A stretch of DNA of 64,000 bases, from contig CANRAF010000001.1 of NCBI GenBank assembly GCA_947628535.1, positions 268 through 64,267 of the forward strand, read 5' to 3'. Each line of letters opens with the position of its first letter. Position 1 is the stretch's first letter. The DNA is from an uncultured Bacilli bacterium (lineage in GTDB: Bacteria; Bacillota_I; Bacilli_A; RF39; UBA660). This document shows positions 9,724 to 21,157 of the stretch, one piece after another. The position numbers were made by a program, and so were the translations under genes. The notes under the pieces are model-generated. The model did not search any database. It was given only the letters and a program-made list of their open reading frames with translations, and had not been told where the DNA came from.

Positions 9724-11049
9724 TTAATCATTATCTATTCTTTCAACATCATAGTCAATTATTCTTCCTGTTTTAGCATTTATTTCATAATCATATTCTT
9801 TGCCATTTGCTGTAAATTCTACAGAGTATTCGTTGTCTTCACGATCAAGTTCTACATGAACGTTTCTAGGACTTCCAACACCTGCATGACTTAAAGCTAT
9901 TTCTTTTGCTCTGCTTGATGAAATATAACTAGAAGTACTATTAGTGCTTGTATTTTTATTACTATTTACTTTATTATTATAATTATCATCATCGTAATCG
10001 TCATCATCATAATCATAGTCATCATTATCATCATAATCGTCAATATCATTACTATAATTATCAGACTTTTCTTTATGAGAGTGAATAATTGCTCCTGTTT
10101 TGGCATTTATTTCATAATCATATTCATATTTACTAGTATCAAACTCTACTTCATAAACTATTTTTCCATCATCAGCATCGAAATCTACTTCTAAATTTCT
10201 AGGATTTGATACTTTAGCATGATTTAAAGCTATTTCTTTTGCTTTTGTTTTACCTATATATGATTTAGTACTTGCAGTACCTTCTTTTTGAATATCTTTA
10301 AGATTTGTTTTATTGCTTTCACTTAAAACATTTAATTCATTTATTGATAAATCTACTAAATCTGTTTCTTTTAAAAGACTATTGCTATCTAAAACATCAA
10401 GAATTAATTTTGCCTTTCCTAAAGAAATTCCATATTTATTAGCAAGGTCTTCAGCTTTTTTATCTTTATCTAGTGTTTGACTTAGAACTGATCCATTTAT
10501 CTTGTCATTTCCTAAAATACTACTTATTTTTTCTGATAATTTTTGTCTTAATTGTTCTCCTTTTTCATGATCTTTGTTTTCTACAGAAATTAAAATTGAA
10601 TTTGATAAATCATCTATGTAACCTTTAGTTACTAATGATCCTATTATGGCATTTAATGCTACATCAATATCAACATTTTCTAAATCCATATCTTCTAAAA
10701 CTTCTTTGGCATCGTTATTTTTAGCAACAGCATCAAGTACTTTTTCATCTTTACTTACTTTAAGTTCAATACTTGGGTTTACATCTAATTGAACTATTGA
10801 ATCTACTTGATAGAATTTGCTATAACTAAAATAGGTTACTCCTGTTAATAAGAGAATAAGTGCTAGAGCAAAAGATAGTTTTGGTATAAACTTGTTTTTT
10901 GCTTTTTTAATTGTTCCTTCTTTTTCAATTTTTTTCATTTTTTCTTTTCCTTCTTTCTTTTTACAATTTAAGAGAATATTATCAAAATTGTCTGGTATAG
11001 AATTATTAAATGATTTATTTATTTTATCTTTTATATCTTTGGTATTCAT
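9724..11049 (-). CDS. anti-sigma factor with RsgI-like extracellular domain and two PepSY domains
   Basis: TM, LDVNPSIEL motif, two AKEIALxHA...YEVEF...YDYEINAKTGxII PepSY repeats with an Asp-rich linker. Confidence 0.75.
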   Translation of the reverse strand: MNTKDIKDKINKSFNNSIPDNFDNILLNCKKKEGKEKMKKIEKEGTIKKAKNKFIPKLSFALALILLLTGVTYFSYSKFYQVDSIVQLDVNPSIELKVSKDEKVLDAVAKNNDAKEVLEDMDLENVDIDVALNAIIGSLVTKGYIDDLSNSILISVENKDHEKGEQLRQKLSEKISSILGNDKINGSVLSQTLDKDKKAEDLANKYGISLGKAKLILDVLDSNSLLKETDLVDLSINELNVLSESNKTNLKDIQKEGTASTKSYIGKTKAKEIALNHAKVSNPRNLEVDFDADDGKIVYEVEFDTSKYEYDYEINAKTGAIIHSHKEKSDNYSNDIDDYDDNDDYDYDDDDYDDDNYNNKVNSNKNTSTNSTSSYISSSRAKEIALSHAGVGSPRNVHVELDREDNEYSVEFTANGKEYDYEINAKTGRIIDYDVERIDND

Positions 11050-11053
11050 GGCT

Positions 11054-11587
11054 TCACCTCCACTCCTCCTTTAGTTTTTTTATTGCTCTATGGTATTTTG
11101 AGAGAACTGTCGACAATTTCATTTCTAAAATATTTGCTATTTCAATGTGTTTTAGCTTACCAATTAAGTGCATAATTATTATTTGTCTTTCCTCATCTGA
11201 TAAACTTTCAAGCAAAATTTTGATAGTTGCTTTATCTTCTACACTTATATCTGGATTTATAAGAGTATTTTCATCTATTTCTGATATAGTTATTTTCTTT
11301 TGCTTTCTTATTTTTGTTAATGCTAAGCTTTTAGTAATTGTAAAAATCCAGTTCATTGGTTTTCCTTGGTATTTATAACTATCTATATTTTCATATATTT
11401 TTATAAATACTTCTTGCATATTATCAAGTGATTGTTCGTGATTTTTTAAAATTGACAGGCTATATCCATAGATCGATGATTTTGTAAGAGTGTATAATTC
11501 ATGAAATGCTTCTTCATCATTTTGTGATATTTTTAAAAAGAGATTTTCAATTAATTTTGAATTTAACTTTTCTATACCATTTTTCAT
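11054..11587 (-). CDS. ECF sigma-70 factor
   Basis: Region 2 (DNMQEVFIKIY, WIFTITK) and region 4 HTH (IANILEMKLSTVLSKYHRA). Confidence 0.9.
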   Translation of the reverse strand: MKNGIEKLNSKLIENLFLKISQNDEEAFHELYTLTKSSIYGYSLSILKNHEQSLDNMQEVFIKIYENIDSYKYQGKPMNWIFTITKSLALTKIRKQKKITISEIDENTLINPDISVEDKATIKILLESLSDEERQIIIMHLIGKLKHIEIANILEMKLSTVLSKYHRAIKKLKEEWR

Positions 11588-11611
11588 GTCATTATCTCCT
11601 CTCATTATAAT

Positions 11612-11638
11612 AACGTTTGAAATTGATATTTTATTGCA
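11612..11638 (-). promoter_or_regulatory. candidate ECF-type autoregulatory promoter
   Basis: TGCAAT-N17-CGTT directly upstream of the ECF gene, similar to SigV/SigW-type promoters. Confidence 0.45.
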
Positions 11639-11742
11639 ATTTATTTTAAAATTTTTTAATTTCTAAAATAATTATATATAGTTTTGGAAAAATAGACAAT
11701 ATTTAAGCATTAAAAAGTAACATCATTTTGACGTTACTATTT

Positions 11743-12489
11743 TTACTTATTTCTTGCTAATATTTTTGGGGATTCATATCCTTCCTTTTGTAAATAGTCT
11801 ATTATATCTAAAAAATAATAGTCATCTTTAACCCCCTGTAAAGTAAATAAAACATTTTCTAGTTCTTTTTTTATACTTTTATCAAATTCTAGATTTTCAA
11901 TGCTAGAAATTTCTCCAAAAAGTTGATTATTAAATGTACCATTTTGTAAATACCATATAAATATTTTTAGCATATCTATTTTATCTTTGTTTTTAGCTTT
12001 TTTTATTATTTCTTCAGAATTTAAATTTGAATTTAACAAAAATAATGGTTCTTTAGGAACATAAAAATCTATTATCATTGATTCAAAGTCAATAAATTTT
12101 ATATCTAAATTTTCATTTATCATTATATTTCTACCATGAATATCACAGTGACATATTCCGCTTCTATGTAACTCTTTTAATTTTTCCATCGAATCTTTAA
12201 ATATTTCAAGTAAAGACTTAGTGTCTAGTTTATCAGTTGTCTTCCCATTTTCTAATGTTTCATAATTTTTTAAAAATGGTAAATAGATGACACTTTTATA
12301 CCCAGGTAATTTTTTTTGATTTTCTTCATTAAGTTTAGAGGCTTTAGATGGTGCATTTACAAATGGCAAATTTTTTTCTTTTAATTTGTTCCATATATTT
12401 GCCTCTATAGCAGAGTACTTTTTTAATAAATCATCACTATAAACGAATACATTATAATATGTTCTTTCTGAAGTTTTTAAATTTTCCAT
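11743..12489 (-). CDS. protein-kinase-like (ePK/RIO-fold) protein
   Basis: LHRSGICHCDIHGRNIMI catalytic loop and IKFIDF metal-binding motif. Confidence 0.75.
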   Translation of the reverse strand: MENLKTSERTYYNVFVYSDDLLKKYSAIEANIWNKLKEKNLPFVNAPSKASKLNEENQKKLPGYKSVIYLPFLKNYETLENGKTTDKLDTKSLLEIFKDSMEKLKELHRSGICHCDIHGRNIMINENLDIKFIDFESMIIDFYVPKEPLFLLNSNLNSEEIIKKAKNKDKIDMLKIFIWYLQNGTFNNQLFGEISSIENLEFDKSIKKELENVLFTLQGVKDDYYFLDIIDYLQKEGYESPKILARNK

Positions 12490-12626
12490 AGTAACCTCCC
12501 TTTTTAATGTTTGTTATTATAACATAAAACAATGCTTTTGTACAGTAATCATTAGTATTTACCTATTAATTTTTATATATAAAACAAAAGAAAAACCCTT
12601 ATAAAATAAGGATTTAATTATTATAT

Positions 12627-12703
12627 TGGTGGAGAATAAGGGATTCGAACCCTTGGCCTCCTGCGTGCAAGGCAGGCGCTCTAGCCAGCTGAGCTAATTC
12701 CCC
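12627..12703 (-). tRNA. tRNA-Ala(UGC)
   Basis: GGGGAATTAGCTCAGCTGG...CTTGCAC...GGTTCGAATCC...CTCCACCA cloverleaf with encoded CCA; TTGACA-16-TATAAT promoter at 12735-12762. Confidence 0.97.
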
Positions 12704-12765
12704 AGATAAGCGATCCTTAAAAAGGACACTTATAATTATACTTAATATTGCTAATTTGTCAATAG

Positions 12766-13014
12766 TTAAATACTATCAACATTGATTTTTACTTGTTTAT
12801 TATCTTTTAAGTAACTACTAGCTTGAACTATTGTTCTTATTGAATTTATTACTTTTCCACTTTTTCCTATTACTCTTGGCATATCATTTTCTGATATTAA
12901 TACTTCTAATAATATTTCTTTTTCATCTTCAGATGGAAATTGTTTTACTGCTACTAAATCTTTGTCAACAACAAGTGATAATATTATTTCTTCAGTTAAT
13001 TTTAATAAATCCAT
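12766..13014 (-). CDS. khpA: KH-domain RNA-binding protein KhpA
   Basis: MPRVIGKSGKVINSIRT motif, downstream of rpsP. Confidence 0.9.
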   Translation of the reverse strand: MDLLKLTEEIILSLVVDKDLVAVKQFPSEDEKEILLEVLISENDMPRVIGKSGKVINSIRTIVQASSYLKDNKQVKINVDSI

Positions 13015-13286
13015 TATTTGCTTTGTCTTTCTTCGTGGAATTTTTTCATAATACCAGCATTACTTAATAAATCTTTTGCTGTATCAGTTAAAACTGCACC
13101 ATTTCTTAACCATTTTAAAGCAACCTCTTCATTTATTTTAACTTCAGCAGGATCTGTTAATGGATTATAAAATCCTATTAATTCAAGATATTTTCCATCT
13201 CTTGGACTTCTTGAATCAGTTGCTACGATACGATAACTTGGTCTTTTTTTAGAACCCATTCTTGTTAATCTAATTTTTACTGCCAT
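13014..13286 (-). CDS. rpsP: 30S ribosomal protein S16
   Basis: [21 protein letters not shown]...SPRDG. Confidence 0.98.
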   Translation of the reverse strand: MAVKIRLTRMGSKKRPSYRIVATDSRSPRDGKYLELIGFYNPLTDPAEVKINEEVALKWLRNGAVLTDTAKDLLSNAGIMKKFHEERQSK

Positions 13287-13407
13287 AATTTCTCTCTCCT
13301 TTCAATCTGATAGTATTATATATTATAACTTTATGTTTGTCAACCAAAAAAGTTGACAAGTTATTTTTTTTAATTAAAAACCTATAAATATAGATTACAT
13401 TTATAGG

Positions 13408-13953
13408 TTATTTATTTTCGTTAATAAAATTTTCATTTACATTTTGATCTATTTCTTCCATTATTTTATTTTCATTATCTTCATCTATTATTTCTTCCCA
13501 TTCATCTTCGTCTTCATCTACTGCTATTCTAACTTTAGCATCTCCTACAATTTCAATTCCTAATTCTTTTTCGATATCATATTCAATTAGACCATTATTT
13601 ATATCTACTTTTGTACAAGTTGGTCCACTTAAACTTCTTACAATAACTTCACTATCAGAACTTATATTGCTTTCTCTTCTTCTTGTAACATTTAATAGTT
13701 CTTCATAAGAAATTGTTTGTTTTGATACTAATGTTTTTGTATCATTATCATATGAATACCAAATATTAACATCACATGTTCCTTTTACTTTAATTTTATC
13801 ATTTTCTTTAAAACCTTCAAATTTATGGTTAATTACCCAACATCCTAATATTGTAGTTGGCGCTTCTTCAGGAGTTAAAGAATAATGATTAGTAAATTTC
13901 TTTTTTCCTTTTCCAAGCACTGTTTTAGTAACGATTTCTCTATAGTTTGCCAC
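13408..13953 (-). CDS. cotE: spore coat morphogenetic protein CotE
   Basis: YREIVTKTVLGKG, ILGCWVINH, INIWYSYDNDTKT and acidic DEWEE tail match B. subtilis CotE; GTG start. Confidence 0.9.
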   Translation of the reverse strand: MANYREIVTKTVLGKGKKKFTNHYSLTPEEAPTTILGCWVINHKFEGFKENDKIKVKGTCDVNIWYSYDNDTKTLVSKQTISYEELLNVTRRRESNISSDSEVIVRSLSGPTCTKVDINNGLIEYDIEKELGIEIVGDAKVRIAVDEDEDEWEEIIDEDNENKIMEEIDQNVNENFINENK

Positions 13954-13971
13954 TACATCACCCCTCAATTT

Positions 13972-13997
13972 AATTTATGCCTTTATTGGGATTTTGT
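13972..13997 (-). promoter_or_regulatory. sigma-K/E-type promoter of cotE
   Basis: AC-N16-CATAAATT upstream of the cotE RBS. Confidence 0.45.
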
Positions 13998-14028
13998 TGA
14001 CTTTTTTTAGAAAAAATAACTATTTTTA

Positions 14029-15339
<1,311 letters not shown>

Positions 15340-15395
15340 TCACCTCGACTTCTCTATTATAGATTTTTTTGTATTTTTGTCAATAAAAAGGAGAA

Positions 15396-16820
15396 CTACT
15401 TTTCTATGTATTCTCCATTTAAACTCCATGTTTTAGCATCAGTTATTTTTACATTTACTATGCTACCTATTATTTTTTCTGGACCTTTTAAATTAACTAG
15501 TTTATTAGTATCTGTATACCCCATTAAAAATCCATCTTTATCACTTGCTTGTTCTACTAAAACCGGAACAATTTTTCCTTCTAATTTTTTATTATTTAAA
15601 AGAGCATATTTATTGACTAATTCATTAAGTTTATATAATCTTTGTTCTTTCTCTTCTATTGTTATGCTATCTTTCATCTTTTCTGCAGGTGTTCCTACTC
15701 TTTTAGAAAAAATAAAAGTATATGCAAGATCAAATTTACATTCTTCTACCAAATTTAATGTATCTTGAAACTCTTCATCAGTTTCATTAGGAAATCCTAC
15801 AATTATATCAGTAGATATAGCCACATTAGGTATTTTCTTTTTAAGTTTATTAAATAAAGTTAAATATTCTTCTTTAGTATAACGTCTACCCATAAGTTTT
15901 AAAATTTTATCATTACCAGACTGTACTGGAAGATGAATACTTGGCATGATGTTTTTGTATTTAGCAATTACATCAATCATTTCATCTGTAAAATCCCATG
16001 GATGTGAGGTCATAAATCTTACTCTTTCTATTCCTGTTTTTGCAGTGTCCTCTAAAAGATTTGCCATATTATAGTTATCATTTAAATCTTTCCCATAGGC
16101 GTTAACATTTTGCCCTAATAAAGTTACTTCTTTATAACCGTCTTTTACTAAAGATTCTACTTCTTTTATAATGTCATTTTTATTTCTACTTCTTTGTTTT
16201 CCTCTTGTATAAGGTACAATACAATATGTACAAAACTTATCACAACCATACATAATATTAACGTATGCTTTATATTTATTTTGTCTATCAACAGGCATGT
16301 TCTCTATTATTTCTCCCTCAATACTTGGGGCATCTATTTTTAATATTTTTTCTTTAAACGAGTCATAAACAATATTACTAAGTTTATGAATATTATGAGT
16401 TCCTAAAACAAAATCCATCCATTTATATTTATTTTTAATATCTTCTGCTACCTTTTCTTCCTGAGCCATACAGCCTGTAAGTCCAACTACAATATTCTTT
16501 TTAGTTTGTTTTAAATGTTTTATTCTTCCTAACATACCAAATACTTTATTATGAGCGTTTTCTCTTATTGAACAAGTATTAAGTAGAATTAAATCAGCTT
16601 CTTCCATATCCTCTACTCTATTCATACCCATTTCTTTTAAAATGGCAATCATATTTTCACTATCATGTTCATTCATTTGACAGCCATATGTTTTTATATA
16701 AAAAGTTTTATTATTTAGTTTGTTTTTAACAGTTTTTTCATTATTATAATTTTTTGTAATTACTTCTTCTTTAGTTCTTTTACGAGCATCCTTTAGATTT
16801 GGCATGTTCATACTAATCAC
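15396..16820 (-). CDS. miaB: tRNA methylthiotransferase MiaB
   Basis: TYGCQMN, NTCSIRE, radical-SAM CxxxCxxC (GCDKFCTYC), C-terminal TRAM domain. Confidence 0.95.
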   Translation of the reverse strand: MISMNMPNLKDARKRTKEEVITKNYNNEKTVKNKLNNKTFYIKTYGCQMNEHDSENMIAILKEMGMNRVEDMEEADLILLNTCSIRENAHNKVFGMLGRIKHLKQTKKNIVVGLTGCMAQEEKVAEDIKNKYKWMDFVLGTHNIHKLSNIVYDSFKEKILKIDAPSIEGEIIENMPVDRQNKYKAYVNIMYGCDKFCTYCIVPYTRGKQRSRNKNDIIKEVESLVKDGYKEVTLLGQNVNAYGKDLNDNYNMANLLEDTAKTGIERVRFMTSHPWDFTDEMIDVIAKYKNIMPSIHLPVQSGNDKILKLMGRRYTKEEYLTLFNKLKKKIPNVAISTDIIVGFPNETDEEFQDTLNLVEECKFDLAYTFIFSKRVGTPAEKMKDSITIEEKEQRLYKLNELVNKYALLNNKKLEGKIVPVLVEQASDKDGFLMGYTDTNKLVNLKGPEKIIGSIVNVKITDAKTWSLNGEYIEK

Positions 16821-16871
16821 TCCTCTTGTAGATTATAAAATAAAAAGGTAAATTAATCAATAATCTACCTA

Positions 16872-17558
16872 TTATATTTCATTTGCTTCTCCATAAATTA
16901 AATTATCTAATGTTTTTGTATCATTATTTTTAATCATTTGTTTTATTTCTTCAATATTATTAACGATTACTTCAATTATCTTGTTAAGTGCTGGAAGTAA
17001 TTGTTTCTTTTTTAAATTATCTACTATTACTTCAAGGTTACTCATTTTTGAATAGAAACCGTAATCTTCATTTTTAATATATTTTTCATATAAATTTTGA
17101 AATGCAACTACATCTATATTATTAAATCTTTTATCTTCAAGGATTTTAACAGTTGTATATATGTAATTACTATTTAAAGATCTATCTAGAATTGTTTCAC
17201 CATTTTTGTTTCTAATATTAGGAATGAAACTTTTATTTCTATATAGAATTTTAATTATTTCTATTACTTCAAGATAATTTTTAGTAGCTAAAATATGAGC
17301 AAATGTATTTCCATCTTTATTTTGATGATTTACATCCCAGTCTTTTCTTTTAATATATTTTAAAACTAAATCATAATGATTTTTTATTAAAAGGTAACTT
17401 AGTATGTCATCATCATTTTCATTTACTGTATTGATGTTAGTAGATTTCTTTTTTAATATTTGATCTACTACTTCTAAATGTCCTTCATCAATTAAATTAA
17501 AAATCTGGAGTGGTTCTTCCTCACATTTTTCTATTGCTTTTTTTTCATCATAAAACAT
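16872..17558 (-). CDS. ankyrin-repeat protein
   Basis: VNHQNKDGNTFAHILA and NIRNKNGETILD repeats. Confidence 0.7.
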   Translation of the reverse strand: MFYDEKKAIEKCEEEPLQIFNLIDEGHLEVVDQILKKKSTNINTVNENDDDILSYLLIKNHYDLVLKYIKRKDWDVNHQNKDGNTFAHILATKNYLEVIEIIKILYRNKSFIPNIRNKNGETILDRSLNSNYIYTTVKILEDKRFNNIDVVAFQNLYEKYIKNEDYGFYSKMSNLEVIVDNLKKKQLLPALNKIIEVIVNNIEEIKQMIKNNDTKTLDNLIYGEANEI

Positions 17559-17676
17559 CTTTTTTCACCTCTTTTTGTGAGACAATTAGATATTTTATCA
17601 AACTTTAAAATTTTTGTCAAATTTTCTTACGTTTTTTCCATAAGAAAAAACCTATTTTAATAATAGGTTTTAATTA

Positions 17677-18948
17677 TTATAGGCTTTCTACTACACAAAA
17701 AGCTGCATAATATGGAACATATTTTATATTGTTCTTTACTTTAAAGTCTTCTCCTCCAAAGCGAATACCTAAATTAAGATTATATTTTTTCATTGACAAA
17801 GTCATGCTCTTTGATTTAGAATTTGCTTCTCCATGAATTATTTCAATAGGTATTATTTTCCCTGTTCTTGTTTTTATTACTATATCAATAAAGGCTTTTC
17901 CCCCAGAATGATAATGATAAATGTTAAAACCATTACTTGCAAGGGTTGATACAATATTATTTTCATATAAAAGTTCTAATAATTTAGAATTGGTTATTAA
18001 TCTATTACCACTTACATTCATTTTTTTATATAAAATTCCAGAATCGTTATAGTATAGTTTAAAACTTTCATCATCTTTTGCTTTTGATAAAGGAGATGTT
18101 AATTCTGTAACTCTAGAACTTTTTATTATCATATTATTTTGTTCTAAAAATTCTATTGATTTTTCATATTCTTTACTTCTACCTCCTGTTTTTATATTAC
18201 CATACTGAAATTTTTTATTGTCTTTTAGCAGTTGAATAGAAATATTGTTATATACTTCTTGTCCTCTTTTTATATCAATTAAATTATCAAGTTTTAATAA
18301 ATTATATTTCATTAATTTGATATTTTCAATGTGAATATTCCCTAGCATATTATAATTTTGATTATTATGATATTCTACTATAGCATTAGGATATCCTCCT
18401 GTTAAAACAAAGTCGTTATAAAGCTCTATTGCTAAAGTATGAAATGGCATTGATTTATTATTCTTAAAAGAATCCATTATAAAATCTACAAGTTGTTCTT
18501 TGCCTATATATTTTAAATATTCTGGAAATGTTACTAAATCCATTTTTTTATAGTTTACTTGATCTGATTTATTGTTATTAACAATTTCCATACTACTTGT
18601 TATCATAATGATATGATAATCATCTCCTGTAAAAAGTTTTTTTACAGCAGTAATAGTTTTTTCGTTTACATTGTCAAAAATGATTAAGCTATCATCTTTT
18701 AAAATTGTTTCTAATGAAATAGCAGATAGTCCTCTTATTAATTTATCTTTTGTTGTGTTTTTTTCAATTACATAATCAAGTTCTAAATTTTCAAAACAAT
18801 CAAAATAAATAGTATTTTTATATTCATTTTGTCCAAAATTAAGTACAGTATGAGTTTTTCCGCAACCACTTATTCCATATATAAGTAATGGTTTTCGATA
18901 TGCATCCATTTTCCATTTTACTAAATCATTTATTATTTTTCGTTCCAT
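17677..18948 (-). CDS. AAA_14/DUF4143-type ATP-binding protein with degenerate Walker B
   Basis: GISGCGKT Walker A, GGYP, FKLYYNDSG motifs; IIFDNV where DEIQ is usual. Confidence 0.75.
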   Translation of the reverse strand: MERKIINDLVKWKMDAYRKPLLIYGISGCGKTHTVLNFGQNEYKNTIYFDCFENLELDYVIEKNTTKDKLIRGLSAISLETILKDDSLIIFDNVNEKTITAVKKLFTGDDYHIIMITSSMEIVNNNKSDQVNYKKMDLVTFPEYLKYIGKEQLVDFIMDSFKNNKSMPFHTLAIELYNDFVLTGGYPNAIVEYHNNQNYNMLGNIHIENIKLMKYNLLKLDNLIDIKRGQEVYNNISIQLLKDNKKFQYGNIKTGGRSKEYEKSIEFLEQNNMIIKSSRVTELTSPLSKAKDDESFKLYYNDSGILYKKMNVSGNRLITNSKLLELLYENNIVSTLASNGFNIYHYHSGGKAFIDIVIKTRTGKIIPIEIIHGEANSKSKSMTLSMKKYNLNLGIRFGGEDFKVKNNIKYVPYYAAFCVVESL

Positions 18949-19121
18949 AAAATGCCTCCTCTATACTATTTTTATAATTAAAGTATAGTATATTTATAAT
19001 AAATAGTCAATAGAGTGAAAAGAAAAAGATACTATTTTTTTATAAGCATCTTTATTATTTCCTCACTCATTATACAAGTATCTTCTTTTTTTGATTATTG
19101 AAACTATTTTCTTGTTAAAAC

Positions 19122-19148
19122 AAAAAAGCTATCAATTGATAGCTTTTT
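19122..19148 (-). terminator. terminator after tsf
   Basis: Perfect palindrome AAAAGCTATCAATTGATAGCTTTT. Confidence 0.75.
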
Positions 19149-19150
19149 AA

Positions 19151-20032
19151 TTAACCATTTATTTGATTTTTTACTTCTTCAGCAAAGTTTTCGTTTCTTT
19201 TTTCCATTCCTTCGCCTACTTCGTATCTAACCATTTTAACTATTTTTCCGCCATTATCTGAAACATATTTTCCAACTGATTCTTTATTTTCAGCTTTTAT
19301 ATATATTTGATTTTCCAAACAAACTTCTTCATAGAATTTTTTAGTTTTTCCTACTAGAATTTGTTCTACTCTATCTTCAGGTTTTCCTTCGTTAAGTAAT
19401 TGTTCTTTCATAATTTTTTGTTCTTTTTCTAAAACATCATTTGGAACTGATTCACTATTTAAATAAAGTGGTCTCATTGCTGCTGCATGCATAGCAACAT
19501 CTCTTGCAACATCTTCAGTTGCTCCTTCAAGAACAACTAAAACTGTAATTTTACCTCCCATATGTGAGTAAATTCCAAATACTTGACTATCAGTCTTTTT
19601 AACTATTTCAAATCTTCTGAAACTTATTTTTTCTCCTATTTTAGCAGTTAAATTTATAATTGCTTCTTCAATAGTTTCACTTGAACCTTCAAGAGTAAGT
19701 TTATTTGCTTCCTCTATTGTTTTTACATCTTTATCTACTAATGTTTTACTTAGTTTATTAATTAAATTTTTAAACTCTTCATTTTTAGCAACAAAATCTG
19801 TTTCAGAATTTACTTCAAAAATTACAGCAGAATTGTTTAGTGATGCAGCTTCAGTTGTGCCTTCTGCTGCAATTCTTTCAGCCTTTTTTGCAGCTTTTGA
19901 TATTCCTTTTTCTCTAAGCCATGTTATAGCATCATCCATATTTCCATTTGATTCTTGTAATGCTTTTTTGCAGTCCATCATTCCTGCACCAGTTTTTTCT
20001 CTTAAACTTTTTACATCTTGTGCACTAAACAT
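19151..20032 (-). CDS. tsf: elongation factor Ts
   Basis: LREKTGAGMMDCKKAL and EVNSETDFVA. Confidence 0.98.
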   Translation of the reverse strand: MFSAQDVKSLREKTGAGMMDCKKALQESNGNMDDAITWLREKGISKAAKKAERIAAEGTTEAASLNNSAVIFEVNSETDFVAKNEEFKNLINKLSKTLVDKDVKTIEEANKLTLEGSSETIEEAIINLTAKIGEKISFRRFEIVKKTDSQVFGIYSHMGGKITVLVVLEGATEDVARDVAMHAAAMRPLYLNSESVPNDVLEKEQKIMKEQLLNEGKPEDRVEQILVGKTKKFYEEVCLENQIYIKAENKESVGKYVSDNGGKIVKMVRYEVGEGMEKRNENFAEEVKNQING

Positions 20033-20051
20033 TTAATGACCTCCTATAAAA

Positions 20052-21071
20052 TTATTTTAATGCTGCTACTAGGTCAGCTTTTTTCATTGTACTATAACCT
20101 TTTAATCCTTTTTCTTTAGCTATAGCTTTTAATTCAGTTAAAGTCTTTGATTCTAAATCAACTTCTTTTTTTACTGCTTTTGCTTTCTTTGGTTTTTCTT
20201 CTTTTGTTTCATCATCTTTTGCTTTAACAGTCTTTTCTTTCTTTTCTTCTTTTTTAGGTGCTTCTTTTGCTACTTTTTCTTCTTTTATTTCTTTTTTATC
20301 TGATTTACTTTCTTCTTTATCTTCTTGTTTAGCACTTTCTCCTTTAGAAGATTTTTTCATATCTTCTTGTGAAACACAATCTATTAATTCGTTACCATTT
20401 ACTTCTGCTATCGCATTTGTTAATGCTCCAATTACTAATTTTACAGCTCTAACAGCATCATCGTTAGCAGGAATTACATAATCTACCATATCTGGATCAC
20501 AATTAGTATCCACTATACCAAATACTGGTATTTTTAATTTTCTTGCTTCTTTTATTGCTGTTTCTTCTGCTCTTGGATCAACAATTATTAAAGCATTTGG
20601 AACTTTTTTCATTTCTCTTATACCACGTAAGTTTCTATTTAATTTTTCGTATTCTTTTTTAATTTGAATTACTTCTTTTTTTGGTAAAGCTTCAAAAATC
20701 CCGTCTTCTTCCATTTTTTCAATTTCATCTAATCTTTTTATTCTATTTCTAATTGTTCTAAAGTTTGTAAGTGTTCCACCAAGCCATCTTTCATTAACAA
20801 AGTACATATTAGTACGTTTTGCATTTTCTTCCATTGCTTCACTAGCTTGTTTTTTAGTACCTACATATAAGAAAGTTCCTCCATTTTGAGCAATTTTCTT
20901 AATTTCAGCATATGCTTCTTCTATTTGTTTAACTGTTTTTTGTAAATCAATAATATAAATATCATCTCTTGATGTATAAATATATTCTTTCATTTTAGGA
21001 TTCCATCTTCTTTTTTGATGTCCGAAGTGAACTCCTGCTTCTAATAAATAACTCATTGACACTACTGTCAT
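20052..21071 (-). CDS. rpsB: 30S ribosomal protein S2 with Lys/Glu linker and C-terminal Rho-N-like domain
   Basis: [25 protein letters not shown]; extra tail of about 100 aa ending [35 protein letters not shown]. Confidence 0.97.
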   Translation of the reverse strand: MTVVSMSYLLEAGVHFGHQKRRWNPKMKEYIYTSRDDIYIIDLQKTVKQIEEAYAEIKKIAQNGGTFLYVGTKKQASEAMEENAKRTNMYFVNERWLGGTLTNFRTIRNRIKRLDEIEKMEEDGIFEALPKKEVIQIKKEYEKLNRNLRGIREMKKVPNALIIVDPRAEETAIKEARKLKIPVFGIVDTNCDPDMVDYVIPANDDAVRAVKLVIGALTNAIAEVNGNELIDCVSQEDMKKSSKGESAKQEDKEESKSDKKEIKEEKVAKEAPKKEEKKEKTVKAKDDETKEEKPKKAKAVKKEVDLESKTLTELKAIAKEKGLKGYSTMKKADLVAALK

Positions 21072-21157
21072 AATAATTTCCTCCTTCGTTTTACTTCTAC
21101 TAAATTCAAAATAATATCACCATAATTGGCACTTGATATTAAAATTCTTTAGTATGT

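Noticed and set aside
2940-10040. Asn/Thr and Asp/Tyr microsatellite-like runs in the ydcC-like and anti-sigma genes as phase-variation sites
   Set aside because: They are imperfect, in-frame, codon-multiple repeats encoding linkers, so slippage would not switch expression.
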